From Octopus vulgaris (lineage: Eukaryota): a stretch of DNA of 64,000 nt. Location: positions 29,574,001 to 29,638,000 of the forward strand of contig OX597823.1 in the NCBI GenBank assembly GCA_951406725.2, in the 5' to 3' direction. Both the position numbers and the translations under genes were made by a program. Under the pieces are notes generated by a model. That model did no database searches, was not told the origin of the DNA, and saw only the letters and a program-made list of their open reading frames with translations. Of the stretch, positions 1 to 14,845 are shown in pieces (within the stretch, counting starts at the first letter, position 1; each line of letters begins with the position of its first letter).

Positions 1-94
1 CTCTCTCTCTCTCTCTCGCTCTCTCTCTCTTTCTCACATACACTACACCCATATGCCTCACATACAATCTCAATCAATCTCTCTCACATTCTGT

Positions 95-132
<38 letters not shown>

Positions 133-1189
133 TCTCTTCAGTGTCTGTATATCGCTGTCATGCAATGCACGGATGTTTTGCTTTCCTTCGTTTATTTATC
201 TTAGCTCTCTGGTTCAGTTTATCACCATGCTCAAGGCCACGCTGGAGCAACGCCGGCGCGCGCGTCTGTACTGTCTATGTATATACTGTATAACATATAT
301 TTATATATGATGATTGGTTGTGCGTTCGCTCGTATACACACAGCCGTCCATTCGCACACTTTCACAGTCAATATTTACACCTCCGAACTAGAAAGACAGA
401 CAGACAGAAAGAAAGATAGAAAGAAAGAGAGTAGAAGAGAGAGAGAGAGACAGACTTTTTTTTAATGACCAGGTTACTTACAAAACTTGTGTGTGCATGT
501 ATATGCGCTTGTGTGTGTGTGTGCGTGTATTTGCATATGCATGTATGTATGTATGTTAAATAGGAAAGATTCTTGAAATACTCGTACAGTTCCAGGGGTC
601 GAGAAAAATCCAGAAAGGATTCTATACGATTTTAAAGATGGAAGTAGCGAGCAGATATATGGAACAGATATAATGTTTTAGCATACATACAAATACCAAC
701 AAAGGAGGGTATACACACACACCCATTTTACACAGACACATGAATGCGTAAGCGCACCAAACATACACAAATATATACACTCAAAGACCAGAGCCTATTT
801 GTCTAGAATCGTATACAAGTACCTCCTGTTTATCTACCTATTACCTCAATCCACTTGAGTAATAAAAGTAGAATGAGGTATTTTTATCTATTGGCTGAAA
901 CAGCTGTAAGTTACTTTACCAATTTATATTCATGTTTTTTATAACAATTACTGGTATCCTTACTATATCTTATATCTTATAGGTAAAGAATAATATGCTA
1001 TATGTATGTATGTATGTTATTATAATTATCAGTTTAATAAATAAATAAGTTAACATTTTAATGTCCAAAAGTTGATGAACCACCAATTGTTCTCCTCCAT
1101 TTTCTTATTTGCGATATATATACATATATACCTCTGTTGTATATATATTTTATGTATACAAGCATCTATTTATAGATATAGTCTTATAT

Positions 1190-1356
1190 TTGTTTCAGTC
1201 ATTTTACTGCAGCCACGCTGGAGCACCCTAACCCTAACCCACCGCCTTTAGTCGAAGAAATCGAGCTCAGGAGATATTCTTTGTAAGCATAATATTTATT
1301 CTATCAGGCTACTTTTGCCGAACCGCTAAATTACGGGGGACGTAAACACATCAACG

Positions 1357-1435
<79 letters not shown>

Positions 1436-1569
1436 GATGGGCTTCTTTCAGTTTCCGCCTAGCAAATCCACTCAAGGTCTTGGTCGGCCCGAGGCTATAG
1501 CGTAAGACACTTTGCTGAAGGTGGGACTGAACCCGGAACCATATGGTTGGGAATTAAGTTTCTTACCCA

Positions 1570-1570
<1 letters not shown>
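1190..1570 (-). mobile_element. SINE family A copy
   Basis: Reverse-complement match to 31117-31527; contains a short CCCTAA insert. Confidence 0.75.
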
Positions 1571-1608
<38 letters not shown>

Positions 1609-1708
1609 TGCATACATACGTGTGTATATATATATACACACACACAAGTGTAAACACACTTATATAGCTAGATACATAGACAGACAGGCAGACAGACAGA
1701 CAGACAGG

Positions 1709-1789
<81 letters not shown>

Positions 1790-1909
1790 CGCTGTATTTA
1801 TATAAACTTGTGTATGCTCGTGCACACGTGCAAACATATTTTGTCTAGTTTGGCTGTTACATAAACACATACACTCATAAATATAGATATGTACACACAC
1901 AATTTATAC

Positions 1910-1940
<31 letters not shown>

Positions 1941-2626
1941 TACACGTACATTTATATAGAAGTTTACATTTATAAACGCATACACACATATACATACATA
2001 CAGAGAGAGACAGACAGACAGAGAGACAGAGATAGAAGGAGACAGAGAGAGAGAGAGAGAGAGAGATACACATGTATACACATACATGTATGTTCGTATA
2101 TAATATGCCTATATATATATATGTACACATTTCGGTGAGACCCAGGTCATGTCAACTATTCGAAAGCACTCTGGGCAGTCACCCATATGGGAAGATGGAG
2201 CAATTATCATAACTAATAATATTGAAGTGCTTTTAAATATTTTGAAATTGTCCCACGCAACGGCAACGAAAGCAGACTTTAACGGATGCAAACTCTTCTA
2301 ATTAATTAAGAGAAGAGGAACGGAAAATATTTTACTGAAAAATTAATTACGGAGGGGAAAAGTTGGTATTTGTTGATTTTATGAATTACTTACGCTTTTT
2401 TTTTTTTTTTTCGAAATCAGTCACGCTATTATTATGGGCCACAATAGCCTACATTGAGAAAAGAGTGGTTCTGAGTTTAAAATATCCGGGTATATATATA
2501 TATGTGTGTGTGCGTGTGTGTTTTGTTTCTTTCTTTCTGTCACATATATATATATATATAATATATATATATATATAATATATATATTCTAAACACACAC
2601 ACACATATATATATGTATTGCACACA

Positions 2627-2689
<63 letters not shown>

Positions 2690-2708
2690 TCACACAACAC
2701 ACACACAC

Positions 2709-2761
<53 letters not shown>

Positions 2762-2787
2762 CACAACACACACACAGTTCACACATA

Positions 2788-2842
<55 letters not shown>

Positions 2843-4479
2843 CACAACACACACACACATATATATATGTATGTATGTATGGGTAAGTGGGCGGGTATAT
2901 TCTCACTGGGGGCTTCGTGTCAATTTTAATTCCGCCGAGGTCGACTTTGCCTTTCATCCTTTCGGGGTCGATAAATTAAGTACCAGTTACGCATTGGGGT
3001 CGATGTAATCGACTTAATACCTATGTCTGTCCTTGTTTGTCCCCTCTGTGTTTAGCCCCTTGTGGGTAATAAAGAAATGGGTATATGTTTCTATACAGAT
3101 TCATAAACGGGTGTACGTATTTGTTATTTGTGAGTTCATTTTTGATGTCAGAAGGCATTCCTGTCGTGACCATCTCGTCGTTTTCAGCCCTTTTGATAAA
3201 GAGTATATCTAGGAATATACCAAATCTGGTACCATTTTCGCTTTTTTTGTTTGTTTTTTGTTTTTGTTTTTTTGAGAAGGCAGAATGTTATATCATTGAA
3301 GGTTCGGATGTTATTTCTAGCCCATGCAGCGACCACACAGGGGTGCCGTCGCCACCGCAGCCGCCGATGTGCTTCCAAGATATGTAAGGTGAGAATGGTG
3401 GGTGGGTGTTGTAAGTCTGAAGAATGTATGGAGGAGTTAGTTCTAAGTGTGTGTGGGGTGGGGTGTGGATGGGGGACGGGGGTGGGGGTATGGCGTGTTT
3501 GCCGAGTGTTTATGTGTAAGTAGAGCGTGTTTGATGAAAGGAGTATGCCGTAGGAGTTACAATCGCAATTCGGGAGTGTGTAGACTTTTTAAGGGTGTGA
3601 AACGGGTGGGGGAAATGAGTGTTCACATGATACATGGTGGGGTGCGTATGGGGGTAGAACACTTATAAATATATTGTGTGTGTGTGTGTGTAGTGATTTG
3701 TATTTAGCGCTTAGTGTGTCTAGGTTTTGTTATTTTTAGCGGCACAGACTGACGTGGCTGCTCACCCACCGAGAGAAATCATCATAACAGGCCACGGCAC
3801 ACCGCAGTACCCGGATCTCGCCGTAATCTAACAGTCACCCTCTCGCTCCTATCATTTCTATATGATCGGTATCCTGAATCCAGTGCACTGCAGAGATCGA
3901 ACTCGGTGGGGCTCTAATCCCCACACTAATCCAATCTCCTTAGCGAACAAGCCTAAGATGATGAGGAAATGTAAACATACGTAGGCCACGGTGAATTGAC
4001 TGAGTCGTTAGTTAATCGGAGAGCGGGACAAAAATGCCTGGTTGTTACAGCTCTTCATGTCCCGAGTTCAAACCGCGCTAAAGTCAGCTTAGGTTTTCTT
4101 CCTCTCCAGAGATAACAAAATACAGGACAGAGTTTCCGTATTCGTATTAGTATTACTATTCTCAATGAGCAGAAAAAGGGCAAGGAATTGAGATGGCTTT
4201 GTGTGTCTCAGATTATCAGAAACCATCCTCTAAAAAACCAATTGTTGTTTACACCAAGGTCTATCTGAAATGAACAGACCTAAGATCAAAGGTCTTCTGG
4301 ACGTAACCATCCCATCTCCTTGGGGCATCATGTATCTGATACTTCATTATTCAATGTAGTCTCAACATAATCTTTGAAGATGGCCTACCACACTAGTGTG
4401 ATTTGAGGGTAAGTTAGCTGTTATGTCTAACCAAGTAGGTGGCTCACGCTGACATGTTGGCAATTTGAACTGAAGACTC

Positions 4480-4992
4480 CTCGAGCTGAGCTAGATTCAG
4501 CTGAGATGGGGATAAGGTGGGCTGAAGTGAGCTGAGCTCAGAGATGAGCTTTGAACTGAGCTGAAAGATGAGTTCAGAGATGAACTGTGGACTGGACTAA
4601 ATTGAGCCGAGTTGATAGATGAGCCAGACAGAGCTGAGGTAAGACATGAACTGAACTGAGACGAGTTGTAGACCTAAGCTGAGAAATGAGCTGTGGAATG
4701 AGCTGAGAGTTGATCTGGACTGCAGTGATCTGGGAGATGAGCCACAAACTGAACTAAAAGATAATCTGGACTGAGCTAAGCTGAGATGAGATGAGATGAG
4801 ATGGGCTGAAGTGAGGGATGAACTGTGAACTGCACAAAGAGATGATGTGGATTGCGCTAAGCAGACAGAAAAGCAGGACTGAAGTGAGAGATGCTCTGGA
4901 CTGCATTGAGGACAGCTGTGAAATGAGCTGAGCTGATAAATGAGCAGGGTTGAGCTGAGAGATAAGTTCAGAAATGACCTGGACTAAGCTGT
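4480..4992 (+). repeat. Degenerate pentamer repeat (GAGCT/GAACT/GGACT/GAGAT)
   Basis: About 500 bp of decayed 5-bp periodicity. Confidence 0.8.
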
Positions 4993-5603
4993 AATATAAT
5001 ATATTATCTAGATATTATTTTTTATATACTTCAATATAAAGCTGCCTACACACTGCAGCAGTATTTCTCTTCTCACACACTCACTCAGACATGCATGCAT
5101 ACATACACACCCACATAAATATATCTATGTACACACACAGCAGACCAAAACTTGTCTTCCTTGTTGCATAAAAAATGTAAACAAAACACAACAACGGCTC
5201 ACCTCGCAGCTAATAACCACCCCGCTCTTCTCTCCATTAAACTCACACCCACACACAGACATTCTAACCTAGTTACTACAGCTATGTCCATTACTAATGT
5301 GGTGGCAAGAGAAGTCTTTACCTAGTCGCTCTGTCTGCTAGAAATAGCAAGTAAATTTCCCTCAACCATAACAGTCTTTGAAAAGGATATGTCGGACAAT
5401 GTAGTTCTGGGTTCCCGGTACACAGGAAAACACGGGATGGCCAGAGATGAAGTGTCTTTGATTATAGGTCTACTTCTTCAGTTCCAACCTTGGGCTAAAC
5501 CACAACTAATGTGGCTTACACATGGATACAGTGCTTATACATAGGTACAGTACAATGAATATATACATATACATAGATACATGGCCACACACACATACAT
5601 GTT

Positions 5604-5695
<92 letters not shown>

Positions 5696-7093
5696 TGAGC
5701 GCGTGTGTTACACATGTAAATACAATGCGGCCTGGCATGACCAAATAGGAAGGTACCAATGATCAGTCCTTTTATTCTTATCCACTATGCAACCTGTTTC
5801 CCTATATGTATAAAATCTGTTTTCCATTCCCAACCAGAAGATAGCAACAAGGAGTCAGCCGACAGCTGAATGTGTCCTATATGAAACGACAGATGTTCGA
5901 CAAGTCAGCAAATGCTCAGACACTGAACGAATACATACGAGATGAATTTGTCGCTCAATGCACCTCTCAGCGAAGCATTGATAAAGGTATTTTCGTGTGT
6001 GTCAAGTTTAACCACAAGAAGCAGTCTCCTTCATTGCGCTGGGAGTCAAAGGTTTTCTGGAAACTGTTTACAGTCCCCGGGCTCAAAATTTCTCCTGACG
6101 AAAGAGCTCAGTACATTCTTTTTAACGTCAAGAATTTTCCCAAGAACATTCATTAACCGGTCATTTCTAATACTCATTCATTCTATATTGAATGCAAACG
6201 GTGGAGTTTAGCACAAGCAGTAAAAGACATGATCGCATAACATTCCAGACGCTGAGTGCCCAAACTTAGTCGTCGCTCAACCCAAAGTTATGTTCTGTCA
6301 AAGAGATAAGCTGTAGGGAAAACCTGCCCGACTCTGTCTGTTCACAGTCGAAGAAAGCCTGCAGAAACCTGGCATAGCACTGAACACTTAAACGTTCTGA
6401 GCTACAGTATCTGCTGAGCCCCGCTAAGTGGACGATGATGGCCGTAGATTAACCGCCTAACAGGGGAACGCGTCCTTTACACACACACACAAACAAACAA
6501 ACAAAAAAGGGAAGGGCATGAGCTCTAGTTTGTTAGACGCGAACTATAACAAAACAGAAGGGAAATACAACTTCAGCGAGATTTGAACACCCAACACAGA
6601 GACCATAAACTAATCCTACAAGCCAGTCTGTCTGCCTTAAACACTTCGGATTGTTTGGTGTCATTGTTATTTAACCCCAGGTCAGCTTTGATCACGCAAG
6701 TCCTAAGATCGATGACGTTACAACTACGTGTTTTGCCTTGAGAATACAATTATTCTGTCCTTAGTCTCAACAACAAACACATCAATATGGTGTGATGAAG
6801 ACTTTTTTACAAATACTTTTAGCCGGTACAGTCACTACGTAAATGTTTCCTCGTCAGCTTGTGTATGTGTGTGTGTGTGTGTGTATGTGTGTGTGCGCAC
6901 AAGTGGCGATGGGGTGATTCGGAGGTGGGTGTGTGTGTGTGACAGAAACTGATTTCTAAGTATTGTTATGCGCTTTTGAATATCAACAGCATGTATATAA
7001 AACTAGCATGAGAAAACTAGGATGGTAAATCGGTGAATGTGTGTGTATATAGACGTATGTATGTATGTCTGAGTATATGTACGTCTCGGTGTG

Positions 7094-7128
<35 letters not shown>

Positions 7129-7795
7129 CGACAACACAATAAATCCAGAGACGAACAAAATTAGTTGATAGCAAAGTTAACCAGCTTGATATGACGAAAA
7201 CCTATTATAACAAAAAGAATATGAGTGGGTTAATATGATTAATATACATACATATACATACACACGCACATCATTTGATAAACGGATACACAACTATAGC
7301 TACGACTGTTGGTATTAACCGCCGCTATCACCAACCACCGCCACCACCATGATCATCATCATCATCGTCGTCGTCAACGTCGTCGTCATCGTCATCAGCA
7401 TCATCACCATCATCATCAGACACATGAATGTTGTCGGGGAAGATAAAAAGAAGGTGGGAGCCAGTAAAAACTTGAGCGAAGTATGTTTTGACTTGAAGGA
7501 AGTATGTCAGAGTGACGTCATCAGAAATGTTCGATGACATCATAGCAGGTCGGCAGCCGATTGGTCGGTTGTTCTGTATATTGGAGAAGGTACTTGCTTG
7601 GTTTATTTTTACATGGAATATGGAGCAGTCACACACAGATGAACTCACACGCACATACTGTCAGGCGTTGTAGAGACATATAGGTAGATATAGACACACA
7701 CTGACGCATCAAATATACATAAGCATATACAGATGTTCGTATACGCTTGCAAGTTATGTTGTGTGTACATACAAATGTGTGCGCACGCGCGAGTG

Positions 7796-7842
<47 letters not shown>

Positions 7843-8736
7843 ATAGAAAGATAAATAATTAGAGATTTGTGTTTATGTAAACATGTAAAACATCACACAG
7901 CCCGGTACAGGTATACTAAGGATTGCTACGAACGCCACTTAGTAAAACGACTCAACCAACACCCACCACGCTCTACGCCCCCACCATCACCACCACACCC
8001 TCCATCCTACCCTGCTTCCACAGAAAATATGTATTTTAGCACCCAATCCTAACTTTATTGAAGATGGTCAGATTAATAATATCTGATTTCATCATCTTCA
8101 TCATCACCATCATGATGAGATGTTGATGATGATGATGTTGACGACGATGACGATGAAGAAGAGGAAGGGCGGGGGAAGAGGAAGAAATTATAGAAGTTTA
8201 AATCAGACCAGAGTAGATTTCTTTCTCCTCGTCCATCTGGAGTTGATAACAACACACTGTCCACATTTCAAAACAAACAAAATTACCGATAACAACCCAT
8301 TGATCACTTAATACTCAGTGTGTGGATGGATAAATAAATAAATAATGGCAATAATTACGGCTTCTGGTTTAGGCCCAAGTACAGTGGTTTTGAGCAGAAC
8401 GTGATTAGTCGATACCATTGACCGCGGTACTTGACACAGCTAACTGATTTTATTGACTCTCAGATGGATGAGAGGTGAAGTTCACCGTGGTGTGATTTGA
8501 ACACAGAAAGTAAGAGAGCCAAAATCAATAAAGCAAACGATGAAAGGGACAAAACAAAGACAGACTATATTGATTAGTGATATATATATAATAAACGTGG
8601 ATGAAGAGGCAGAAAAGAGAGGGAAAAAACAGGATGCAATACAAAGTATACATGATACTCAAAATCATGAACACTTTGGACACTACAGCCTGCCTTGTTG
8701 AAGAAGAGCTCCAGCTAGGGCCAATCAGGTAACTGC

Positions 8737-8800
<64 letters not shown>

Positions 8801-9998
8801 CTAAAGGCAAGTGGTCTTTCTCAAGTGTTATTCTCCAGTCTACAAATACATTTTATGTGGATGGATGGAGTGAGGACAGCTTTGGTGGTTATAGGTTTTG
8901 GACTAAGAAAGGCAAGAGAGATTAAAAATGATAAGAAAGCTCAGAGAGTGTTTGTGGATGGATGAGTGAATCTGACTTTGTTCAAAGGGGTACGGAACCA
9001 GCATATGCTGTTGGGCCTCGCTGCTGATATTGGGGGGTTGTGTTCTATGCTTTGAGCCGAGCATAGAATGGGGCTCACCTTTTTTGAGCTGAGACCTCAA
9101 TACTCGACTGACATTTGTTTAATCAACCCTGAAAGAGCAAAAGCTGAAGTCGACCTCGGAAGGATTTGAACTCATAGATGTAAAGACGGGTGAAATACCG
9201 GCAAGCATTTTGATTCCAGCATGCCAACGACCTTAGAAATAATACTAATAATGATGATAGTGATGATGATGATGATAACAATGGTGGTGGTGGTGGTGTG
9301 ATCATGATGATGATGGTGGTGGTGGTGGTGTGATAATGATGATGATGATGACGATGATGGTGTGGTGATGATTTCTAATTTAGGTGCATGGCTGGCAATT
9401 TTGAGGGGAGGATGTTAGTCAATTACACATCAACTTCATTCTATCAACCCTGCAAGGAACTGAACTCAGAGCCCAAAGACCAAGGACAAATACCACAAGG
9501 CATTTTGTCCAAAGCCCAAACAATTCTGTCAATCCATCACCCAATAGCTGTTGTTGTTGTTCGTTCCAACCATGACTATCTCGTACATTTGTGCAGTCAG
9601 GGCTACACTGACCAACGTGTTCTTGGTTGGTGTTGTTGTTGTTGTTGCTGGTAATGTTTAGAACTTCTCAGTCCAGATCAAACTGACCCATGGCCAAAGG
9701 TGTTTCAGCCATGACTGTCCAGTCTTTCTCTTGATCCAAGAGTATGTTAATACAAGTTTCCCTCCTTTTTTTACTGAAGAAGATGGGCTGTGATTTGAGA
9801 GAGCTTTAACAATATTGTTGTTTTTAATGGGTCCAAGGGGCCATGTGGAAGATCCCTCACTGTTTTGTTAAACCAAAAGGAGTTTATTTAAGGGTGATTT
9901 ATGCAAAATTTGTTAAACCAGCAGGGTTTGAATTACAGCATGTTTAAGATTTGTCAGACCGTGTGTGTGTGTGTGTGTATGTGTGTGTACAGATAGAT

Positions 9999-10033
<35 letters not shown>

Positions 10034-10037
10034 TAGG

Positions 10038-10156
<119 letters not shown>

Positions 10157-10202
10157 TTAGATAGGTAGATAGATAGATAGTTTGGTCTTAAGTTTAATTC
10201 TC

Positions 10203-10746
10203 TTAGGTTGTTCAGAAAGTTATGGGTGTTTTTAAAATGTTAAAAGAGATATACTTCATGAACCATAATTTTAGAAACTTCCAACTCTTCTGCAAGTTCT
10301 CTAGTTGTGATATTTGAATTTTCTTTGATTTTTGCCTTCAAAATATCTTTATCCAATTTAGAAGGTCTTCTGCTGCGACTGTCATCTTCCAAGCTAAACT
10401 CTCCACCGTTAAATTTCGCAAACCACCAACAAACAATTGATTCATCTAGTGCATCATCATCACCAGAATCTTCATAAATGTTTTTGCAAGTCATTGCAGC
10501 ATTTTTTTCCTTTTTAGAAACAGAAAAGCATTACAATGCTAATATGAAATTTTTGGTTTTCCATTTCAAATGTCAATAAAGAGTAACCAGAATGAAAGAT
10601 AAATCTATTTTTAGTCAGAAACAATGAAGAGATGCACTTTCACTTCAAGCAACACCAAAGTTTCAACTGTGCTACGTTTCAGGTGTGTTCAATGAAGCAT
10701 TACATGATTTAGCGTAAAAATGCTCAGAATTTTCCAGATAATCTAA
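10203..10746 (-). mobile_element. Internally deleted mariner DNA transposon with transposase pseudogene (N-terminal HTH only)
   Basis: Translation ..WWFAKFNGGEFSLEDDSRSRRPS..ENSNITTRELAEELEVS is typical of mariner transposase. Upstream ATG at 10564 is followed by a stop and a frameshift. Degenerate ~32-bp TIRs at 10203-10234 and 10715-10746, TA after the right end. Confidence 0.85.
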
Positions 10747-11989
10747 TAATAAAAACAATTTACATGTAACTGAACGGTTTCTTAATAGAATACAAATTTA
10801 TTGTTCTTCAACAAGAATGGCATTCACAGTGGCTGCGAACATTCAGCCATTATTGACTGACACATTAAGCTAATCTTGGTTTTATGCAGTTACAATAAAA
10901 TTTTCGGGAGTTTGTGAAGTTTAGCTGGATATTAATTAGGTTGATAGGTGGGCTACAATGGAGAGGTGTTCAGGTTAAGTTTTTTAGTGATTAAATTTGA
11001 GGTTATGTTTTTGTATAGAATTTATCCAGATAAACACACACACATCCTGCACAAATAATGGGTATATTACCCTTACAAAGTGGAAAAATTTTCTGATTGT
11101 TGACAAATTTTATCTCTTTGTTTGGGTAATTTACCCAATGTTTCTGCTGATCTAATGGTGTTTCTGCATTCGAAAATAAATTATCGTTTAATGTTGTATC
11201 ATACAATACATATTTTGAAGCTTATAAAACAATGTTAGTTTGTTTATATTTCTATACATGTATTCCAACAATATTAATAAGACCAGTAGCCTTCTTGGGA
11301 TTGTGATAGATATAACCAGATCCCACTAAGAATGATATATCTGATCAACAGAGGAGACATGGAGATCTCTAAACACCTACCAGATGTGATAGAAAATGTC
11401 CATTGTGCCAAACTAGAGTGGAAGATATCACCTACATGAGAAGAAGCTACCTACTCAATACTAAATAAATGCAAAAGTAACCCACGCTCATGAGACATGG
11501 CATTGTTGCAAAGATGGTCTACAATGCTAGGCCTGGCCATTCAAAAATATGGTATTCTGTAGACATAGTTCAACAAAAGCAGCATATTCAATGCAAACAC
11601 AATAGAACTAATATTGTATAGGAAGAAGGAACAAAAGCCATGCACAGCTGTAGAGGTCAGTTGCTCAGCAGATGGGAACATCATATCTTAAGCTGAGGAA
11701 AAAGAACTGAGGTGAACTAATGGTAAACTTACAGCGCTTGTGTCTTTGTAATAGATTCTCATTTGTAGCTATTACCATAGGTGAACAGGGGCTATGAAAC
11801 AACAGTTTTATTAAAAAAAGGCTTGGAAATGCTGGCATTATCCAACAAAGAACTACATAAACTGGGTTGTATTCTCCAAATCCAATTGATTAATGGTACA
11901 GAGAGGACGTGTAAAATACTCCAAAGATTCTTCAAGAGTTTCCTGAAAAAAAACATATACATACAATCACATATGTGCATATGGCATAT

Positions 11990-12028
<39 letters not shown>

Positions 12029-12464
12029 TACACATTATCTCACACTCAATCCTATATTTAAAGACATGTACACTCATTCCAAGGGTGCAAGTATATTCAC
12101 ACATGTACCAACACATTTGCTTATCCACAAATCCATAAAAGCCATACAACCTTCTAAACTCAAAAACAAAAAAAAAACAGCTTCGTTGCTTTGTCACTGA
12201 CCTAGAAAGATTCTGTGGAGAACCTTAAAGGACAGCAAACATTGGCACATGGAACAGGTTTCCAAACACTCATCATTGTTTTAAATGTCGCTTTTCTCTG
12301 CTTGCATGAATTGACCAGATTTGTAAAGACAGATTTTCTTTGGTCAGTTGTCCTTCCTGCCACCAAATGTCATTTGTTCCAAATAAGGTTAATATTTCCT
12401 CATAGACAGACATGGAAGTGAGATACACCATGTGTATGATGGTGACACTCATTAACAACTAAAA

Positions 12465-12825
12465 CTTGACTGCAGCCATGCTGGAGCACCACTTTTAGTC
12501 GAACAAATCGACCCCAGGAATTATTCTTTGTAAGCCTAGTACTTATTATATTGGTCTCTTATTCTATCGGTCTTTTGCCAAACCGCTAAGTTACAGGAAT
12601 GTAAACACACCACCATCGGTTGTCAAGCGATGTTGGAGTAGGACAAACACAGACACACAAACATACATATATATATGACAGGCTTCTTTCAGTTTCCGTC
12701 TACCAAATCCACTCACAAGGCTTTGGTTGGCCTGAGGCTATAGTAGAAGGTGCCACGCAGTGGGAATGAACCCGGAACCATGTAGTTGATAAGCAAGCTG
12801 CTTACCACACAGCCACTCCTGCACC
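12465..12825 (-). mobile_element. SINE family A copy
   Basis: Reverse-complement match to family A. Confidence 0.8.
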
Positions 12826-13569
12826 TATCTATATATGTTCCCAAACAACACTTAATTTAGTGTTGCTGACACTGCCGGATTGAATGGTACTGCCCAGGTG
12901 TCAAAACCATAATGATATTCATGGGGCAGCTGATGATGGATATATGTTGGATTGTTGGTATGGCTGTTTTTGTATATGTGGAATAATACTATAACACACC
13001 ACATCCTTTTGATATATATTTATATATGTATATATACATAGATACAGAGAGAGAGAGAAAGAGAGAAATAGACACATGCGTACCACAAAAGGATTATTTC
13101 AGTTTCTGTCAACCAAATCCACTCAAAAAGCTTTGCTCAACCCAGGACTATAGCAGAAGGCACTCACCCAATCAGCCATATAGTGGGACTGAACCCAAAA
13201 CTCCATAGTTTGGAAGCAAACTTCTCAACCACACAGCCACACTAATCAATGCAAATAATACATGAAATCAACCCCCTTCCCCCCACCAAAAAAAAAACAG
13301 AAATGCATCAACTGCATTGTTTGTTGCTGGTGCTTTTGTTTAGTCTAAGGCAGATATGACAGAGTGGATCATCACCACCACCATCATCATCATCATTATC
13401 ACCATCATTATCATTTAATCAATAGTGATCCAACTTTCATAATGTCAAACATGACTTTTATATCTGCAAAGGGCAGGCATTTGCCCTTTTATTGTTTTAG
13501 CCTGAGGGATGTGCTCATATTGCAGCATCCCCTATAAATTAATGAGCTTCCCTGATCTTTAGCATGAAA

Positions 13570-14190
13570 GGCAGTGATGCTGGGTGAAATGCTTAGCGGT
13601 ATTTCGTCTGCCACTACATTCTAAGTTCAAATTCAGCCGATGTTGTCTTTGCCTTCTATCCTTTTGGGGTCAATTAAATAAGTACCAGTTACGCACTGGG
13701 GTCGATATAATCGACTTAATCCGTTTGTCTGTCCTTGTTTGTCCCTTCTGTGTGTAGCCCCTTGTGGGCAGTAAAGAAATAAGAAACATTAGCATGCCAG
13801 GCAAAATGCTTAGTGGTATTTCGTCTGTCTTTAAGTTCTGAGTTCAAATTCTGCCACGGTCGACTTGCCATTCATCCTTCCAGGGTCGATAAATTAAGTA
13901 CCAGTTGCGTACTGGGGTCGATCTAACTGACTGGCCCCCTCCCCACAAATTTCAGGCTATGTGCCTAGAGTAGAAAAAGCTGGCAGAAACGTTAGCACAC
14001 CGTGCAAAATGCTTAGCAGTATTTCATCTGTCTTTATGTTCTGAGTTCAAATTCCGCCGAGGTCGACTTTACCTTTCATCCTTTCGGGGTCGATAAATTA
14101 AGTACTAGTTGTGTACTGGGGTCAATCTAATCGACTGGTCCCCCATGAAAAAAAATTTCAGGCCTTGTGCCTAGAGTAGAGAAGAATATA
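13570..14190 (+). mobile_element. SINE family B, three consecutive copies
   Basis: Three successive head/core/tail units. Confidence 0.8.
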
Positions 14191-14639
14191 GCATCATACC
14201 AGTGCCATTGCAGGTGAAAGCAGATTGCAAAGGGTAAGAACAAAGAGCAGGTATCACTTTGTACAAAAGCCCCGAGTCAAACCTACTTCAGCAGACTAAT
14301 AATCAAAGACAATCCAGCTGGGACCACCTCCACTGGTTACTTATATGCAGCAGAGAAACCTACAATCACTTCATTGTCTAACTTGTCTCTTTAAGACAAT
14401 TTGAGATAAATCTCCCATGTAAGGGTGTTAGTCTGTTATTTCTAAAGGCTCAAGTGACCACATAAAGGTTCCCTTGATAGCCATTGTCACGGTGTTATTT
14501 TTGGTGGTGGTGGTGGTGGTGATGTTGTAGTGATGGTGGTGGGGGTGGGGTTGTGATGATGTGTTCTGGTGTGCAATTGTGCTAGTAGCAATGATGATGG
14601 TGATGATGACAAAGGATAAAGGTCAATACCACTGCTGTT

Positions 14640-14845
14640 GTTTAACCCCAGGACAACCACTGAACTAAGCAGGCCTGTCTCTGTGATCAAAAGTATTCCA
14701 GCCATGTCGATATCATTCTTGTTTTGGACATTGTAGATCTAGGACTACGTTGTCCAATGTGTCCCTGACCCCTTTTACTAACTGTAGGGTACAATGTGGA
14801 GGAGATTTGGCTGCAGGTCAAGCGACCATGTAGAGGTTCCTTCAC
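14640..14845 (+). repeat. Old diverged interspersed repeat (other copies ~4245-4450, 5320-5505, 9670-9860, 14270-14480, 63430-63640)
   Basis: Shared landmarks TTTAACCCCAGG, TGATCAAA..CCAGCCATG, GATTTG..GCTG, GTCAAG.GACCA. Confidence 0.5.

Noticed and set aside
1226-1240. CCCTAA repeats as a telomere
   Set aside because: Only about 2.5 units inside a SINE.
5872-6156. 94-aa non-repetitive ORF
   Set aside because: No recognisable motif or splice structure and antisense to the presumed host intron; cannot be supported without a search.
5195-9085. Minus-strand AG|GTGAG donor-like sites near 5200 and 9078 as midnolin exon 2
   Set aside because: The sequence preceding them does not encode the expected UBL C-half.
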